DNA of 64,000 nucleotides. It comes from Dicyema japonicum. Lineage: Eukaryota > Animalia > Dicyemida. A model generated the notes under the pieces. That model was given only the letters and a program-made list of their open reading frames with translations, was not told where the DNA came from and did no database searches. Made by a program: the position numbers and the translations under genes. Shown piece after piece: positions 26,041 through 37,779 of this stretch. Within the stretch, counting starts at the first letter, position 1, and every line of letters starts with the position of its first letter. The stretch is taken from the NCBI GenBank assembly GCA_011109175.1, contig RDEW01000040.1, positions 124,001 through 188,000 of the forward strand, written 5' to 3'.

Positions 26041-26565
26041 ACAGCCAGTTCTCTGTAGAAGAAGATTTTTGAAATATCAAATTTATTTTTTAATAAAAAA
26101 ATTTAAATAGAAACGACTGAATTGACTAAAGCAATGGATTTAATGATATATGCAAAAAATAATTGAATCTTGTAAGCGAGGTTGGAAAGAAAGTGGATAT
26201 TAAGAATTATTTTAAACGGTCTGAATTATTTGAAATTCATTGAAGATTCAAAATCAAATTTCAAAAACTTTTTGGTTGAGGTGGTGACATACCTCTATTT
26301 TGTGGTTATGTCAATAAAGCATTTAGAACAATCCAATGACCTAGCCAACTTACCTTCAATGGCAAAGGCCTGAATAACGTGGCTAAGAGACATCTTCTAT
26401 GTTTCGGTATTGAAAAATACCGGGGTTCTGTATGCTGTTCGCAGTTTCTATAAGCTGATAGACCATCAAGCAAACATTTTTCATAAAATCAAATAAGTAA
26501 ATATTATATTGGCGGAAACAATATCAATTTAAAAATGTAAAAGTAATTTTTTTTCAAAACATAAG

Positions 26566-28090
26566 TGTAACCACCTAAACTCGTGACATAATAAGTACTC
26601 CCAAGTGAAGAAATTTCAAAGTGTCAACCAAGGAAATAAATCTATCCGTAATTGATGTATATAATCGGTGTTAAAATTATATATAGCCACTATAGTTTCA
26701 TTTTTGCAGATCTTGTCAAATATGAAAAAATTAAACAGTTCTTATGTGGAATCGATCCTGACGATATTCTGTCACATGGGCGGCGCGTAACGCATGGTCA
26801 GCCTGTTACCATTTTTTCGACCTTGAAAAAATCTTTTGATTATCCGACATTTAATTTGGTATATCCGATTTACATCGTGATTTAATCCTGTTAAATTAGT
26901 TTTTTATTCATAAATGTTATGATTATAAAGATTTTATTTTTTATAGCGGTAAACCTAGATTTCTAGCGTGATTCCTCTTACAAGAATTTTGTGAAAGATT
27001 GCGTTGAATATCAAACTTTAAAAGATGCTTTGCATGATAAATTTCCCGAAAAATCTTCCGAGGCACCGAAAATATAGGCTTGTAAAGAAGATAGAGACTT
27101 TTTCCATTATCAATGACAGGTATTGTAAATTTGCAATAATTTTAGACTGTATCTTAAATCAACTGATTCCAATTAACGGTCATTGACATATATAGTAGGT
27201 TGGTTTTTTTTAATTTATAGATTCGCTTTTGTACGACCACTATATATTGAATCTGGTAAAGAAGTATGTGAAAACTTAAGATCTTTGTTCCGCCTGAATG
27301 GGCCATGTAAATTTCTTCTGTCGGACAATGGTTCTGAATTTACAAATCAAGAAATAACAAAATTTTGCGAAGATTTTAACATTAAGAAAATTCACGGAAG
27401 GACTAACAATCCTTGAGCACAAAGAATTGTCGAAAGATTTAATCAGACGATCACGAGGAAGTTGTCAAAAATTCTGGATAACAGTGAAAAAATGTGGCTT
27501 GATACATTAGAAAGTGCTGTACTTTGGAACAAATCCCTCATTGCGACTGGATAAGTTTGAGTCTCAGTATTATCCATTTGCAGAAATAATTAATATTTTA
27601 TCGAATAATCGCGTAGATGTTGTTTTAAATAGTTTAATTTGATAAAAAATTCGAAAGGAGAAATATCGACTCTATTAATGAGTTGACTAAAAAAGTTACT
27701 TAAATTTAATTTTTTGTGGTTAAATTAGTTGAAGTCAATCTTGGTTCAAGGTTAATGTCCATAGGTATCGCTTGGCCCATGTGGCATATTCTACAATCAG
27801 ACAACGGGACTGAATTTAAAAATGCCAAAATTCAAGCTTTATGTGAGAATTTCAGAATACGTCACATCCATGGAAGACCAAACAATCCCAGATCCCAAGT
27901 TTATATACAAAATAATTTATAGAGAATAGTAGAACGTTTCAATCAATCGTTGACAAAATCAATATCTAAACTTATGATGGGAATCATAGTGAATATCTTG
28001 TGAATAATGCATACATGAATGTTTCAAAATTCTTGAGAACCACTGGCATTGAAGATTTAAAGCAAATATTCGAAAAAGAGGCAAATTATT
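26566..28090 (+). mobile_element. Internally deleted second-subfamily Ginger-like element, target of a nested insertion
   Basis: Joining across the insert gives DDILQSDNGTEFKNAKIQALCENFRIRHIHGRPNNPRSQ|intron 27899-27922|RIVERFNQSL; outer boundaries uncertain. Confidence 0.6.
26770..27786 (+). mobile_element. Internally deleted Ginger2-like transposon, same family as 15525-17259
   Basis: Same left TIR TGTCACATGGGCGGCGCGTAACG, right end GCCCATGTGGCA, 5-bp TSD TATTC (26765-26769 and 27787-27791); integrase core with a 22-nt intron at 27199-27220. Confidence 0.85.
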
Positions 28091-28094
28091 ATTT

Positions 28095-28445
28095 GGTTCA
28101 GGACAGGGAGATCAACGGCTGATGTAGTATGGTGCCATAGATGGCAATGTGCTATTCAACAAAGATTCAGGAGCTCAAAGACTATCCTTGGAATTGATCT
28201 GACCAGAGCTTTCGACACTGTCCGTCGGGGAAAACTCATTGAAGTGCTTGAAAGTTTCCTGGATAAGGACTCGGTTATTCTGATACGGATACTCTTATCA
28301 AACACGAGGTTACCAGTGCGTATTGGAAAATGTTTGTCACGGGAAATTATTTCAACTGTGGGCACACCCCAAGGAGATTCCCTTTCGCAGTATTGTTTGC
28401 TATATACCTTGAATCGGCTCGAAAAAGAGGCAAATGGGAACTGAA
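28095..28445 (+). mobile_element. RTE LINE RT fragment
   Basis: ILGIDLTRAFDTV and VGTPQGDSLS; homologous to 1230-1700. Confidence 0.8.
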
Positions 28446-28499
28446 TTTTATATCGATAGAATTTATAATAGTTCATTCTTTTTTGTTTTCGTAATAAAC

Positions 28500-29251
28500 C
28501 CAAATTTAGTTATTTTCATTATAGAAAGTTTCCCAATAACTATTTTAAAATTATTGATAAAATTCTGAATTATGTCATTTTCCAAATTTGTTGTATTAAA
28601 TTGTCCCTTCAATTACAGCATTCCGAAAAAAATACAGTTGGTGTCACCTCATACTCGATTGATTTTTTGAGACGAATAATTATGAGACATTAATAAAAAA
28701 TCAAGTAATTAAAAGGTTCTGGTATTAGTTGTCAGTTTTTCAAAATACGGAATGGTCGAGTTAGCAAAAAAATGTGATAAAATTTCCTCATTGTTCGAAA
28801 GAATATTTATACTTTAGTCCTTCTGTTATCCTCCATAGTGGTGAGGAGATGGAATTTAAAATGGAGACTCTATGCAAACAAATAAATCAGACATGTTTTT
28901 GGAAGAGCACGATATCAATGGACACAAGGCCAGGTTGGACGCACACGTAGAATATAATATTTTTCATTAAAAGTATATTTTTCTTTACAAATAAGGTAAA
29001 CTTATCACAATAATACTGAAAAATCAAATAGTGGAGAATAATCCATATTTATAGGTTACCAAAATATATATTTAATAGACATTTCGATAAAAGCATTCAA
29101 CACTATATGATGAATCAAATAATATATAATATTGATGAAAATGTATGGGAATACAACAGGAAAATACAATTAAGTAGAAAATACACCACAACCACAAGAA
29201 CGTGGCAATTGCACGCCAATTGATATACAAATGTATTAAAAGGTTCGCCAT
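28500..29251 (-). pseudogene. Decayed hydrophobic membrane-protein-like ORF
   Basis: ORF MANLLIHLYINWRAIATFLWLWCIFYLIVFSCC followed by stops; paralogous to 23480-23923. Confidence 0.4.
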
Positions 29252-29389
29252 ATTGAAAAACAAATTTTATAAATAAATTTATTTATTTTATTTATTTAGA
29301 ACCACGAATCACCGACAAAACAAAGAGAATAGTGGCCGTCAGTTGATTCCGGCATCCTAGAGCAGCCTGTCAAAATTTGGAGTCTCTTC

Positions 29390-29488
29390 TCCACTTATAT
29401 GTACCCTGTCAAATTCTACAATCGGACAACGGAACTGAAGTCCCTTTTCCACTTATATGTACCCTGTCAAATTCTACAATCGGACAAC
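29390..29488 (+). repeat. 41-bp exact direct repeat (period 58) of a Ginger integrase fragment
   Basis: tccacttatatgtaccctgtcaaattctacaatcggacaac at 29390-29430 and 29448-29488; translates HLYVPCQILQSDN(GTE). Confidence 0.85.
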
Positions 29489-29515
29489 CGGACGGAATAA
29501 TTACGTTTAAACAAA

Positions 29516-31330
29516 ATGTCATGTGGCTCGCCGAAGACGTGCTGGCATTTGAAAAAAAAGAACCACACTTTCCCCTATCTTCACGGGTGGACCAATAAGG
29601 AAGGCTTGCGCCGCTGCGGAGACGTTGAGGCAAACCCTGGACCAGCCAGAATAGTCCAACTAAACATAAATAGAATCAAGAACAAAATACTCGAACTTCG
29701 GACATTTGTGAAAGAAAATCACATTGATCTGTTGCTAATTCAAGAGTCTAAACTTTCTCCAAAGAATTCAACACCAGTATTTTCGGGATTCACAGTTATT
29801 CGCCATGACAGAATGGGCAAACTTGGTGGGGGTCTTCTCACAGTTATCCGCAACGGCATTCCGTTTGAGGACTTACAGTGCTTACACTATGCTTAAGGAA
29901 ATCTCGAACTTTTGGTTACCAAAATACGATTCCCAAGACTATCAATAATAATTGTCAACGAATATCTCTCACCGCTGAGTTCCTGCTCATCCAGTGCTCC
30001 CAGACTCACTCCTCTCGCGTCACTAAAGGATGTGATTATCTGTGGTGACTTCAATGCGAAGCACCCACTGTGGCTGACAGGACAAACCTACGACAAAAGA
30101 AGGAAGATGATAATTGAGGACCTCCACAGCCTATGTATACTCACGATCCTGCATCTCATACAAGAACACCTACTCGACGTAACGATAAACCTTCTTCTAT
30201 CGGCATTTCATTGTCATCACCGTCCTTGGCCCCACTTATTGACTGGTCAGTTAAGTATGACACCAGGAGTAACCACAACCCAATATTTTTGGAGGTCAAA
30301 ACAAGGTCACGGATAAAAGGACAATGCCAACAATAACTAACTACAGCCTTGCGAATTGGAAAGGATTCAAGGAATACGTCGATAATTGTATTGGACTATT
30401 AAATTTCCTCACTTTTCCCTCCGTCGAACAATTAGTGAAATGGTTCCATTATAAACGATGCGAAAAAAAAGTACATTCCTATGGGGAGACAACCTACGTC
30501 ATCAAAACGTTTCAACACAACGACGAAACATCTGATCAGAACGAAAAAATCTAAAGATGGTAAAATCGCCAACAGAAGAGAACATCAGAAAAATACGAGA
30601 ATTGAACAGAGAGATCGACGACAACATAAAGACAGAAAATGTAAATATATGGACGAGACTATCGAAAGCTCTCTACAAAAACCCCCCAATGCAAAGAGTG
30701 TGGAAGAGGATCAAGAACATCAAAAGATCCTCCCCAGAGAGAAAAGTCGAAGTCTACATAAAACCAGACACTCTGATAAAATATTATACGTCTATATCCT
30801 ACAATAAGTTATCAAAAGACACCAAGTATTCCTGAAAACACCTTACAACCCTCATACAATTCATTGCGGAAGGATTTAACTCCCCCAAACCCCATCAGAG
30901 GACAGTACATATATCCGTGGATATCACAAAAGCATTCGACTCACTCCCTAGGAAACTCCTAACAAAGAAAATATTTTAACCAACATCCATCCGAACCTGA
31001 AACTTTGGCTTGGAAACTTCTTAAATGGAAGACGAGCACAAGTACTCTGCAACAACATCAAATCAAACTCTCGCACTTCCCAAATGGAGTCCCTCAAGGC
31101 TCCCCACTATCACCCCAACTCTTCAATCTCTACATAAACGACATGCCACAAACCTGTAATGAAAACTGTCTAATCCTCTCCTATGCCCACGATATCATTC
31201 TTGCTTTCAGAACAGAAGCATTCAATCAGCGACTCAGTCCGCTCAACAAATGCTTGACAACCTGGAACTATGGCTCTCGAGGCAGAGACTCGACACATCA
31301 GCAACAAAACCGATGCCATGTCCAATGAGA
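29516..31330 (+). mobile_element. Ingi/Vingi-like LINE with N-terminal 2A peptide, APE and internally deleted RT
   Basis: LRRCGDVEANPGP directly before APE (RIVQLNIN, LLLIQESKL, GGGLL, CGDFNAKH); RT motifs DITKAFDS, PNGVPQGSPLSPQLFN and YAHDI. Confidence 0.9.
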
Positions 31331-32185
31331 AGAGCTGTGAGAATAGATTGAGAAATCATTTATTTCTCAATCTATCTCTCTCTGGTCTTTAACGTGGAAT
31401 TTTTCCAGCTAATCTCAGATTTTAAAATTCTCTTAACCAATGAGTAAGATTACCGAATCTCTTCCAGAGGAATCTTTAATGAAACTGTGCCTCTTCCGTA
31501 ATGCTGAGATTATGATATCAAAAAATGCACTGATTATAGACTCAGTTCCAGCGAGCTTAGCTAACCAACGAAATCAAATTAAATGTTTATCGTCCACAAA
31601 ATCATTAAAAGCATATTTTAAGGATTTCATATTTTGTGCTCACCATGAATACTTTGAGATCGTCCAGTAAAGGCATCACGTACAATTTATCCACTTTGGC
31701 TAGATACGACCAGGATTCAAGAAGAGAACATTTTTTGTTTAGTTCTTCATCCTCATTAGTGATGAAGGGGGATAGATTCCAACAAGGGGTTATACACTGT
31801 TCATGAAATCAACTTCACAAACATAACCACCGTGGATAAACATGATTGGTAAACCCCGCTACTAAGAATTTGTTAGACATCGCTGAGATGATTGAATTTA
31901 TTCCAAAAGGCTGCAACTGAGCCAGAGTTAATTTACTATGTGATCCCATCACATCCAAGCAGAAGCTATTTTCTTGGCTCGATGTTCTCCTTCCGCTCAC
32001 ATAAGCCGATGGAGGGAGAACAGCCCAGTCACTGTGTAACGAGCACCCAACACGATGGACGAACTGAAGTTTCCAAAATGGGAAAATCGTCTCATTACCT
32101 TTTATTCAAAAAAGATCACACGACTTCATGTACTTTGATGTTATAAAATAAAAGTTTTAATTATCGGTAAATTATGATTTATTAG

Positions 32186-32628
32186 TTATTTAGAACAAGA
32201 GGAGTTACGATAGCGGAGTCCACAGTATCCACAGGGACACTCCATTCCCGAGTCCTTGAAATAAAGTTAATCAAGACCAAGTTAATAAAGACTCTAGGAT
32301 GACCCAAAGGCCCATTCCCATCACAAAATACAACCCTTGTATCGCATTCAATCACGGGGATCTCTGAGATCAGTTTCATTGCAGGGTTTTGGGTAACCTG
32401 AAGTTATTAAATTGACTGAAAATGTACGCATTTCGTCCTGTTGACAAATCTGCTCATTCTGTAATCATTTTGTTCAAATTTCTTTAAAATTTATAACCCC
32501 GCCTCAACCTGTCCAGTGTGACTAGCAATATCAGTTGGATAGATCACGCTTGTGGTTACTGCCTTGGTTGGTTCCCTCAATCCAAGATGATAGCGAACAA
32601 AGTTGTATAACTTTTTTCTAATTGTCAT
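32186..32628 (-). CDS. NDUFS6: NADH dehydrogenase (complex I) 13 kDa zinc-finger subunit
   Basis: Intact spliced ORF ..SHTGQ|KFEQNDYRMSRFVNRTKC|VTQNPAMKLISEIP..CDGNGPLGHPRVFINL|DSGMECPCGYCGLRY; introns 32482-32508 (27 nt), 32398-32427 (30) and 32255-32277 (23). Confidence 0.95.
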
Positions 32629-32789
32629 TTATGCAGAACAACAACAACCAAAACTATATTTAAATTAAAAAAATAATTTAATTCAAAAAAACTAAAATAT
32701 TCTAATGTTAATTGTATCCATATAATGTCCGTCACAGCCGAAACTTCTGGGATTCTAAGACCCAAATTCCCTTCCTTATAACTTAAAAT

Positions 32790-35750
32790 TTTATATGAAG
32801 CTGCCTGACTACGTGGCTATTCCCTCTCAGGATAGCGAGCGAAATTCGCTCAATTATCAGCATCGCTCACGAGGGTCTCCTTTTCGTGCAGCGATCCGAT
32901 TCCCTAGACGACTCAAGAATTCCAGCGTCGCAGGCGCAAGGAAACCAGACGTCTCAACGGCAAGTGGAACAAACAAAAAATCCTTGGACAGGAGCGCGTA
33001 CTTTTCCCGTTTCATCTTCTCGGCCTTCTCAGCGGCAGAACAGGCTACAGAGGCACTCTGGAGTAGGTTGCAGGTAACATCTCAGACAAAAGGTTTCCGG
33101 CTTCAAAAGGGAATATTGTCATCCCATCTGGTCGTTTCCCGTCCCGCCTACAAAGGCCGACAGGTTCGAGCATGGAGGGGTGTCCGGCGGCGTCCAAAGC
33201 TCGCCTAACGACTTCGTTCAAGGCCATGTGTCTGGGAAATTTGCCTGCACTCTTCCTGCAGGAGAGATGGTGTAGGCCAAAACAGTCGATCTTGTCTCCG
33301 CATCGGCACGGATGTGGAACACATACTTTTAATCCCAGTCGAAATGAGATCTCAATACGGACGCATTCATCATCCAGGAAAGTACCCAAAACTCCATTGG
33401 GAATGGCGTTGAGCCAGGCACCGCTCTCGGAAGAGCCCCCGACAGCAAACAGGCACGGCGATGTTAGCTAGATGACACTATCAAATCTTTGAAAGAATAC
33501 CAGTATATAGCATCGTCCAAACCTCACTGAGAGAACGAGAAAGTCAAGGAAAGCTAATAAGTGTGGCTCCAGGCTCACGAGCATGGCCGGCGTCCTTGTC
33601 AATGGAGAATTCAGGTAGAGAGTGCAGAATCCTTTTGACATGGGTGTTACAGGCCACTAGCGATGATAGGTATGAAGGGAGAAGAAAGGTCCACAAGGTT
33701 CCGAATTCCAAGTCCTCCGAGTCTCACTGGAAACATGGCTTGCTTCCATGAGTAATCCTCAAACCGGACGTTGAAGATACGTTCTGTTGTCGAACGGAAA
33801 ATCTCGTGAATCTGTGCTAGTTGGTCATACAGGGTAAATTAGAGCAGTCAGAATATATGCAAGCCTTTGTACGTTGAGAGAAATAATGCTGTTTTTCAGG
33901 AGGAATAATGCTGTATGCATGTCAAGTAGACACAAGTCTCTCCAAGTAAAAGTCGTTTTTCACTTATAGCTCTTCCCATTGCATTCATGGTGATTGGGGA
34001 TCCGAGGAATATAAGTTCTTCATCGGGTGTGGAAATACTTCCAGGCAGTAAATTTCCGAAACATGACAAAGCTTTTGAATACTTTCTTCTGAAAGTCTAC
34101 AATTGTAGATTTCGCATTTAATGTAATTTAATTCCAGTCCAGCATCCAACAGTGCTGGAATTATCACTTCCAAATCTCGGAAAATAGTATTCGGGGGTCC
34201 TCCGAGGACCGCATCATCCAGATACCATAAGTTGAAAGGTGAGCACGGAAGTTTGGTGATTTTCTCTATTACAAGACAAAACAATAGGGGTCCAAGGATC
34301 TCCTGTTGCACTCCAGAATACGAATGGATTAGGTAGTCTCCAAAAAGTAAGGATGAAGGTAGGCTGTATGACTGATTCACAAATTCGAAAATATTAGGCA
34401 TCTTCAACACACGCCTCCAGGACATTGTCCTTCCTTAGACTATTGAAGGCGTTCTTGATCCAGTTTGATTAGGACATGTCCCCGGGAATCTTCTATACTG
34501 TGGTTTATGAATGTCCTCACTGAATGGACAGCGGCTCGCATCCCAAGCAAATACCGACGTCTACTTGAGGAGGGTTCAAGAATTTTATGACGAGTGAATA
34601 GAATGTCTAGAGCGATTTTAGCAGCTAGTTTTCTGAAGATAAACCTGACCGCAACTGGTCTTACTCCGCCTCCCTTCTTATCAAAGGCTATCATATTGCG
34701 GAGAACAGGACATGGCGGATAACTTCGGGAAGAACTCCAGACATGATCCGATTCATGAGTGAAGTAATTGAATTCGTAAGACGAAGTCCCTGGTCTCCTA
34801 CGGACAAAAGGTTAGATCCTTCAGATAGCCAGGTCTCATTCCGTCGAGGCCGCCACTGCTACTAGGGGCAAAATTCCGTATTGCGAGAGAACTTCATCGT
34901 TTGATGCAATCAGGGGAGTCACTCCGGATGGGGGAGCGACTTGTTGTAGATTTTGGGGCGGCTGTGGATGCTTGTTCAGTAAAATATTGTAGGCGTCTGG
35001 AGTCGGTTTTCGTGGTTCACTCGAGGAAAGTGCCCTGATGGCTGCGCAGGTGCCACCTTCGATTAACTTCTACCGGACAGTTCTCTTGAGACGGAGCACT
35101 TCGACTTCCTCGTTATGATTACGTGTCTCCCTCGTACGGTTAAATGCCATGGGACATTTGGGGATGTGGATACCTCCAAAAAAGAACGAATGTTGGTCCT
35201 CATGGTGGTAGCGAGAGACTCCTTTCCGTGACCTCTCGATCAAGTCCCAGTGCGGAAGGCACAAAACTGAATAAGCGCATCCAATCATGTACTGCGTTAG
35301 TCCGGAGGGCATCTTCGATCGTTTTGGAAAGGGCCTCCGCATCAACAGGTCGTACGGCCTTGAGAATCTTCACAGGGATAGTCCGTGAAGAACGTAATTC
35401 AGAGATGAGACGTAGGAACGTTTCAGGGTCCGTGGTTGATGGGTAATTAACGAGAGAGTTAATATTGGCACGGGGAACCTCCCTGCATAGGCCGAGGCAT
35501 GACTGGCAGTGCCAAACTCCAAGCACGCTCGCTGCGGCCTGGGATAGCTCGATACACCCGAGGTTGAAAGAAATCTCCACAAGCAGAGCAGGAGATCCCA
35601 CGCCTCCGAGTTCTGACAAGCCGACAGAACGAACACATCTCACTTGACTTGGCTGGTACCTTTTTCTTCGAAGTGGGAACATTCTTTTCAGGTGTTTTTC
35701 TCACAGCAGGCACAATCACAACAACGTCCGTCCACAACAACACGTATATA
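32790..35750 (-). mobile_element. Near full-length CRE-clade LINE (PHD - RT - REL endonuclease), frameshifted
   Basis: RT motifs KKGGGVRPVAV, GVQQ..LGPLLFCL and WYLDD; C-terminal CRCG..HHLSC, RHMALN and DGKRPDG; N-terminal C4HC3 finger. Confidence 0.9.
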
Positions 35751-35858
35751 TAATAATCCTTATAACTTGCTATTGGATCGTGATAGCAAAAAGAAGTGAC
35801 TTTCAGAAGAGGGATGGTTGACGGGATCTGCTTACTATCTTACAACAATTTTCAATAA

Positions 35859-36131
35859 CCGTATTTGCCAGTGTATTAAGTCGTCCTTTTTCGATCAAAA
35901 ATCGACCTAAAAAAATTAAACAAAAATGAATGGAACGAGCTTTTTGGAAATAGTGACGATGAAGACGAATTTTGAACTCTATGTAAGCACTTTATAATTC
36001 TAATTTATTGTTCCTTAACTAAAAAAATCACTTTCTAAGAGTGTTCATTGTTGTTAATCTCTCTCGACACGTAATATCACAGAGTTACAAGGTAAATAAT
36101 AGGGGGTCGACTTATACACCGGCAAATATGG
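35859..36131 (+). mobile_element. pogo/Tigger-like non-autonomous element (MITE)
   Basis: TIRs CCGTATTTGCCAGTGTATTAAGTCG and CGACTTATACACCGGCAAATATGG; TA at the right flank; internal acidic remnant WNELFGNSDDEDEF typical of pogo transposase tails. Confidence 0.7.
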
Positions 36132-36997
36132 TAATAATAAGCACGTGTGGGTCTATTTGTTTCTAAGAATCAAAAAATATCACTAACTAATAAAAATATT
36201 ATATCACTGAGCGCCTCCTGAACCATGTGGACCACATGAACCCAAGTTAATAAAGTAAGAAAGAGGAGAATTTAAGTCAAGTGCTATATCCCACCGATCA
36301 AACATATACAATGGTGAGTAGAACCCACGGACCATTGATATAAGTATTTATTTAATAACTACGGATATACCAAAAAGAGGTTAAGAGTTAATTAACGTCT
36401 ACTCAAGGTATATCCAACTCCCACGATAAAAGTAAAAAAGTCTTTTCACTGTATCACCTCCAGAATATTCGCAGTTGTGGGAACCCATTTGTAGAAAATG
36501 AAAGATAGCGATCCTTTTTAAATTTACGGTATTTATTTATTAACCTCGAGATTATCGAGAAAGATAAAGTAATGTCAACTAGATAGGTGATCCAAGTTCC
36601 CGCAGCCAAGCGTGCCATCCTAAGTCTGTGGGTATCCATTGTTCCCACTGTTGAACGGAAATGCCTTCTTTAATCCTTGCAGAGGAAGCCGATTGGGGAA
36701 GGAAATTTCTTAGCCAACCGATTTTCTTTTGCGTGGAACAGTGAGAGAATTATGGTTAACGTGGTGTCTTCTGGCCCACCCAAGAAGGTGTCACCTATTC
36801 CGGAAAAGAACGAAAGAGCCAATAACTTCTCCCCACCTCTTGGGGGTTCCCGTAAGAGCCGGTATGACACTAAAATCACTGATTTTGTTAGGTTTCTTAT
36901 CAAAAGTTATTTATTTTTAACCACATATTTTATTGTAATAAACAGAAAAATTATTTATTAGATCAAAAAAATATACATTTTAAAAATGAATACCAAT

Positions 36998-37687
36998 TTA
37001 GTTCATAAACCAACGCTCAACAACAGTACCATCCACCATGGCAACTTTTCTGTATTGTCTCTCCAAAGTGACAGGACATTGCATCTCACACCAACTAACA
37101 GGAATCATCAGTGAACATTTAGGTCCTTGGCCGCAATCACCCCCAAAATGTTCTCAGCAGTGGACAGAAGAAAGGCCATTGTCTCACCCATAGACAACTA
37201 GTAATATTACAACGAGACTACTATTTTGGCCAACACAAAATCACCAACACAAAAGCACGTGAACAAATCCACCTAAAATATTGATTCAACAAAACCTTGT
37301 CCTTCTCAGTGGCCCTAACATCTTCCCGTCTGATTAGTCCTTTCCGAACGTGGCTAACACGTTGGGCGTTTACACTGAGGATAGTACATCTGCAGGTCCT
37401 CACAGAAACGAAGGAAACTCTGGCCAGTACGACGTCATCAACTTGAGGAATTATTGATTTTTTGGTTAGTGGGGTAACTGATATTAATTTCTTTAATATT
37501 ATTATGAGCAAACGTCTTCCCCCTTAGAAGTAAGATTTACTTTGCCAAATAATGAAGAATGTACTGAATCGTTGAATTCATATGTCCCTGTTGAAGACTT
37601 ATGGCTTCCTTTAAACGACAGTTCATCGCCTAACAATAATAATTTTAAAAGACCAGGAAAGCACACGCTATCGGGCACGACGTTCAT
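36998..37687 (-). CDS. EXOSC1: Exosome complex component CSL4
   Basis: Spliced translation VCFPG|DEL..GTYE..IPQVDDVVLARV..GLIRREDVRATEKDK|VDLFTCF..GDFVLAKI|LSMGE..LLSTAEN.LGVI..MIPVSWCEMQCP..RKVA; four 23-24 nt introns; one single-base indel near 37117. Confidence 0.92.
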
Positions 37688-37779
37688 ATTAATTTAAATA
37701 AATTTATTTATTTAAATTTTATTTATTTTTAAATTTTATTTATTTATTGAACCAGAAAAAACACCGTCATAGCCAGAAC

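Noticed and set aside
26150-26500. DNA ligase IV-like KWILRIIL peptide
   Set aside because: A single short motif in a broken frame; insufficient to call.
36200-36961. Long plus frame interrupted only by TAA/TAG, suggesting a ciliate-type code
   Set aside because: Verified genes in the window end in TAA or TAG; the product resembles nothing. Probably a decayed gene or chance.
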